Source: Carpediemonas membranifera BICM
Taxonomy: Eukaryota > Protista > Fornicata
Length of the DNA: 64,000 nt
Direction of reading: 5' to 3'
NCBI GenBank assembly: GCA_019828565.1
Contig: JAHDYR010000043.1
Span: 1 to 64,000 of the forward strand
Made by a program: the position numbers and the translations under genes. The notes under the pieces were generated by a model that had not been told where the DNA came from, did no database searches, and saw only the letters and a list, made by a program, of their open reading frames with translations. This document shows, one piece after another, positions 60,182 to 64,000 of this stretch (the stretch's first letter is position 1; each line of letters opens with the position of its first letter).

Positions 60182-62140
60182 GTGCAAGACCATCAATCAA
60201 CCGAACCACCACTCCCCACAACCCGTCGAGCGGGTTCTCTCCGCCACTCAGTGGCCGCGTGGCGGCGCTTGGGAGCGCCATCCGACGTGGTCTCTTGGGT
60301 TGGCGACGGCATACCCATCGAACTGACACAACAACCGAGCAATCCTCGAATATTCCATCTCCCAGAGAAGGACTTAGCCAAGCTCGATCCGCTGGTGCGC
60401 GAAATGCTCTCATCGGGTGCCATACACCGCGTCTCATCACCACCGAAGCTCACATGTCCTCTCTTTCCAGTCCCGAAGGGTACAGACAAATGGAGAGCAG
60501 TCCACAACCTCATACCGCTCAACAAGGTCTCCAAAGAGCGCCGTACGTTCCGCTTGTTCGGTGCCAAGAGAGCAGTTTTAAGCCTTGCGCCAGGAGACAT
60601 GATGATGTCGCTAGATCTCCATGCAGGCTACCACCACGTGTCCATTCACCCATCATCGCAGTCCCTCCTAGGCTTTATTCACCGCGGCGTCCACTATCAG
60701 TTCACAGTCCTCCCATTCGGATGGTCCGCGGCGCCATTCTACTTCCAGAAGATCATGATTACCGTAGCGAAGATTATCAAGCGCCATTGCCGCGGTGTAG
60801 GAGTTGCCGTCTATCTGGACGACCTTCTATTCTTCGGGAAGAAGAAGGCCCTTCTGCGCGAGCGCCAGCGCCTCCTGGACATCATGAATCAGCTAGGCTT
60901 TATCATCAACCACGACAAGTCAGTCCTAGAGCCCACCACAGTCCTGACATACCTCGGCATGCGCATCGACTCAGCTGCTCGGGTCATTTCCCTAGACTCG
61001 AAGAAGCGCAGCAGATACCGCCAATTGGTCGAGAGTGCGCTGATAGAAGGCAATATGAGCAACAAGAGGTGGCAATCCCTCATCGGGAAGCTATCCTTCG
61101 CATCTCTGTGCTTCCCCGACGGCCGCGCATGGCTGAGACCTCTTCAGACAGCCACCGAGACGGAGAAAGGCTTTACGAAAGCCGTCCTCAAGGCCCTATC
61201 GTACTGGAAGCAACTGCTGAGCAGCGAAGATCATCCTCCCCGCTCCTTCGACTCCCTGATCAGCATGTGGGGCGCAAGCCCGGCAATCGACATCCACATC
61301 CAGTCGGACGCCTCAGAAAAGGGCTTAGCTGCCATTATCAGGGACGGCTGCAAGCAGACGATCGTATCCTCCTCCGTCTCCCCCAACAGCCCGCTCCAGA
61401 ACGAGTCCATTGCGGTGAAAGAGTTCTTTGCGGCGACGAACGCCGTGGAGACGCTCCTTCCACATCTAACGGACAGGGAGATCACCGTATTCATCGACAA
61501 CAGCAACGCCTGCGCCTGGTTGAACAAGCAGGGATCAACGCGAGCCCCGCCGATGATCCAGGACGCTTGTCTCACCCTCTTTTCCCGCTTGGCCGCCTGC
61601 CAGATCACACTGAGAGCCCAGCACGTCAGCGGGCACCTCAATGTCTCCGCAGATGCTCTGTCGAGATACCAGCGACTGGAATGGCGGACACCACGAGGGA
61701 TCCTCGCTGCCATACTGGAGGAGTGGGGCCCTCTCGAGGTCGACGTGACTGGTGGGAGGGACAAGGAGTTACTACTTCCCGGCTTCGTCGAGCGTTCGCT
61801 CACGCTGGCCGAGAGCGGCATGAGCTCGGAGTGGCGCAGCAAGAGAGTCTTCGCAGCACCACCATACGCCCTTCTTCCAGCCGTAGCCAACCGACTGGCC
61901 CTCATTCGCGCCTCACCAGCCTCACATCCGAGGCATACCAAGTCTGCAGTGGTCGTGGTGATGCCCGACGTCCAGTCCGAGGCGGTACGCCGCATCAAGG
62001 GCCTCTCCCCCTTCAAGAGAACGTTCAGGGTCTACGCGGAGGACATGAAGGACTCAGAGCTCCAGAACATCCTCGTGGGGGAAAAGCCGCGGCTCCTCGC
62101 CGTCTTCGTGCCGACGACGCCGCTTTCAACGCAGTACTAG
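60182..62140 (+). CDS. RT-RNase H-MT-like protein of YR element 7 (no ATG start)
   Basis: AVYLDD, SDAS, DNSNA, ADALSR, WGPLEVDVTG..EW..FAAPPY. Confidence 0.92.
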   Translation: MQDHQSTEPPLPTTRRAGSLRHSVAAWRRLGAPSDVVSWVGDGIPIELTQQPSNPRIFHLPEKDLAKLDPLVREMLSSGAIHRVSSPPKLTCPLFPVPKGTDKWRAVHNLIPLNKVSKERRTFRLFGAKRAVLSLAPGDMMMSLDLHAGYHHVSIHPSSQSLLGFIHRGVHYQFTVLPFGWSAAPFYFQKIMITVAKIIKRHCRGVGVAVYLDDLLFFGKKKALLRERQRLLDIMNQLGFIINHDKSVLEPTTVLTYLGMRIDSAARVISLDSKKRSRYRQLVESALIEGNMSNKRWQSLIGKLSFASLCFPDGRAWLRPLQTATETEKGFTKAVLKALSYWKQLLSSEDHPPRSFDSLISMWGASPAIDIHIQSDASEKGLAAIIRDGCKQTIVSSSVSPNSPLQNESIAVKEFFAATNAVETLLPHLTDREITVFIDNSNACAWLNKQGSTRAPPMIQDACLTLFSRLAACQITLRAQHVSGHLNVSADALSRYQRLEWRTPRGILAAILEEWGPLEVDVTGGRDKELLLPGFVERSLTLAESGMSSEWRSKRVFAAPPYALLPAVANRLALIRASPASHPRHTKSAVVVVMPDVQSEAVRRIKGLSPFKRTFRVYAEDMKDSELQNILVGEKPRLLAVFVPTTPLSTQY

Positions 62141-63317
62141 GTCTAGACGAGCTCAAAGGCTACGTGGCAACGACCAGGCGTGACACGGCGGGTGTCGTCT
62201 CCCAGTTCCTGACCTTCCGAGAGGCCAACCCGGCATCGGACCGCGACACATTCCTGGCGTGGCTCGCTCGCGAGGCTGAGCTAGTAGGCCCAGACCGTCT
62301 GGCGCACCGGGGCTCGCTGGTGGTAAGGTTTGCACCCCTGGTATCAACGTGGGCACCCCCAGCTGCTCAAAAGGCATTCATCACCGAAGCGAAGCGCGCT
62401 ACAGTCCCCAGGCCGCAACGCAAGGTCCCAGTGCGGGCTGCACGCATCCACCGCCTGATCCCCAAACTCGCCGGCCGCGACGAGGAGTTCCACCAAGCCT
62501 TCTTATTCGGCGTCGTTGCCTACGCAACAATGTCGAGGCGCAGTGAGATCCTACCCCTCACTCCTCGGGATATCAGGGTGAAAGCAGGACTCGGCGTCTC
62601 TATCACCATCGACTCCACCAAGACAGGGCTTCGCGCAGTTAAGAAGTTCATCCCGTGGGTCGAAGGCGCGCTCAATCCGGCAGGGATGCTCATGGCTCAC
62701 CTGCAGCGCTGGTGCCAGGACAGAGACGCCACCATCTGGAAGTCCCCCAACCTCGATGGGTCGAGGCTGGACCGAGGGCCGTTGCCCCCGCTATGCTCCA
62801 AGACAAGCTGAAGCAGGTCTTTGGAGACCCAGTTGGATCCCATAGCTTCCGTCGCGGGGCCGCAGCGGACGCTGTACTTCGCGGAATGCCCACTCCAGTG
62901 GTCATGGCCCTCGGTACTTGGAAGTCCGAGAGTTCCCTCCAGAGCTACATCGCCGAAGCGGTGCGGCTCGACCAGGAGACAGCTGTGACGAGGTGCGAAT
63001 GGTTCGCGCACCTCGAATAGCAGTCGTCTCCTTCCTTTACTCGTACGGGTACGAGTGGTCCATAAAGATTGAATGGTCACCATCGGGATGGTGTAGGCGT
63101 GCGGGCGGGAAGCCCCAGGAGAATTCATAAGTGAATGTGAGTGTCTGCCTAGTCAGACGAGACGTCAGCTCCGGCGTGAGATAATGGAGCATGGGCGATG
63201 GATCTGCCTGATTCGATTTATTCGAGCCGAACGAATCGGGATCGAATCAATTACGGCCAGATGGCTGAAGAAACCGAGAACAACACCGGGGACCGCAAAT
63301 CGCAAAATCCCGAAAGC

Positions 63318-63394
63318 GCTCCAGCCGTAGCTCAGATGGTTAGGCCCCCAGCCTGAGAGACGGAGGGTCGCGGGTTCGATTCCAGTTGGGGTCA
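63318..63394 (+). ncRNA. tRNA-derived sequence with intact Pol III A and B boxes inside YR element 7
   Basis: TAGCTCAGATGG (63328-63339) and GGTTCGATTCC (63373-63383) at tRNA spacing; the stems are degenerate. Confidence 0.7.
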
Positions 63395-63669
63395 GACATT
63401 CCACAAGCTCAGTGGAAACAAAACAAAAGGAGCAATAACGCGAGACGTACTCAGGTCCGGCGAGTTAACAGGACGTTGAGGGAAGAGCCGAAGCCAAAGT
63501 GGGCTAGGCAATGAAGCCATGGAACCCGTGACCCAGGGGTCCTCTTGACACCACGACGTTTTACAGTCCGCGGGACCGCGGGCACAGGGAACATTACGCG
63601 ACGAATCATGTAAATGTTCCGCCCCCCAGGAGAATTCATAAGTGAATGTGAGTGTCTGCCTAGTCAGAC

Positions 63670-64000
63670 GGCAAGGCCAGCGGAGCCAAAACTTCGGCGC
63701 GAGAGGTCGAGGATGATTCGATACGATCTCAAAGACGGGATCGTGCGTCTCATAAGGGCGGTTCAGTTGTTCAAGAGCGAACTGAAACAGATGGGAGACG
63801 CCGCCCAAGAGATCGCAGAGCTCAAAGCCACCGTTCAACAGCTTCAAGACGCATTTACTGCCGGCGGCAACGTCCGAGAGACAGTAGATCTGCTTCGGCA
63901 AGAGACCACCATGACTTGGAAGCGTCCTGCTTCATCCACTATGCGCGAAGAGGCGGAGTTCCTCGAGGAGATCTACCGCAGCTTCAAGTTCAATCGAATC
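63670..64000 (+). mobile_element. Start of YR retrotransposon 8 (gag from 63791, runs off the window)
   Basis: Coiled-coil N-terminus and MTWKRPASSTMREEAEFL, similar to element 7 gag LEWRHPDSLAMRNESEWL. Confidence 0.7.

Larger units (their letters stand above)
59646..63669 (+). mobile_element. YR retrotransposon 7, complete and nearly intact
   Basis: A1 59646-59784; B1 63113-63158; A2 63159-63297; B2 63624-63669. gag 59748-60179, pol 60182-62140, YR to 63020 (one C-run frameshift at ~62787). Confidence 0.95.

Noticed and set aside
11936-63020. Numerous frameshifts as evidence that the elements are old pseudogenes
   Set aside because: Most fall in homopolymer runs and differ between otherwise near-identical copies, so they are probably sequencing errors. 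This cannot be resolved without reads.
14786-63669. Classification of the YR elements as Ngaro or as phage/integron integrases
   Set aside because: The MT-like domain plus split direct repeats fits PAT-like DIRS better, and the gag-RT context excludes prokaryotic integrases. A phylogeny is needed for a firm call.
1-64000. CRISPR array or rRNA genes
   Set aside because: No regularly spaced repeat-spacer pattern or rRNA-like sequence was seen.

Overview
Eukaryotic (probably protist) DNA. Evidence: a 28-nt GT-AG intron, a CCA-less tRNA gene with an oligo-T terminator, and only eukaryotic retroelement types. Many single-base frameshifts fall in homopolymer runs and look like long-read errors. 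(1) 1-11.9 kb is a cluster of mostly orphan genes. It includes an OTU-protease-like acidic protein, a chromodomain-like gene, a SET-domain gene and an RxxxxH HEPN gene, plus direct and inverted repeats. (2) 11.9-64 kb is a dense nest of retrotransposons with three main components. First, nine divergent tyrosine-recombinase (DIRS order, PAT-like split-direct-repeat) elements plus one solo remnant. Second, four copies of a 3.98-kb CRE-clade RLE non-LTR element, three head-to-tail, inserted at one exact site in a YR-element repeat. Third, a full-length 8.66-kb APE-RT LINE and three 3' fragments of it; its ORF1 carries a Maelstrom/DEDDh-like nuclease domain. Part of the nest is built around a tRNA-Met gene. 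Best leads: the LINE-borne Maelstrom-like nuclease; the CRE element targeting another transposon; covarying terminal hairpins at the YR-element ends; a tRNA-derived module inside a YR element; and three-frame gag/pol/YR coding. All domain calls are by-eye motif matches, not database searches.
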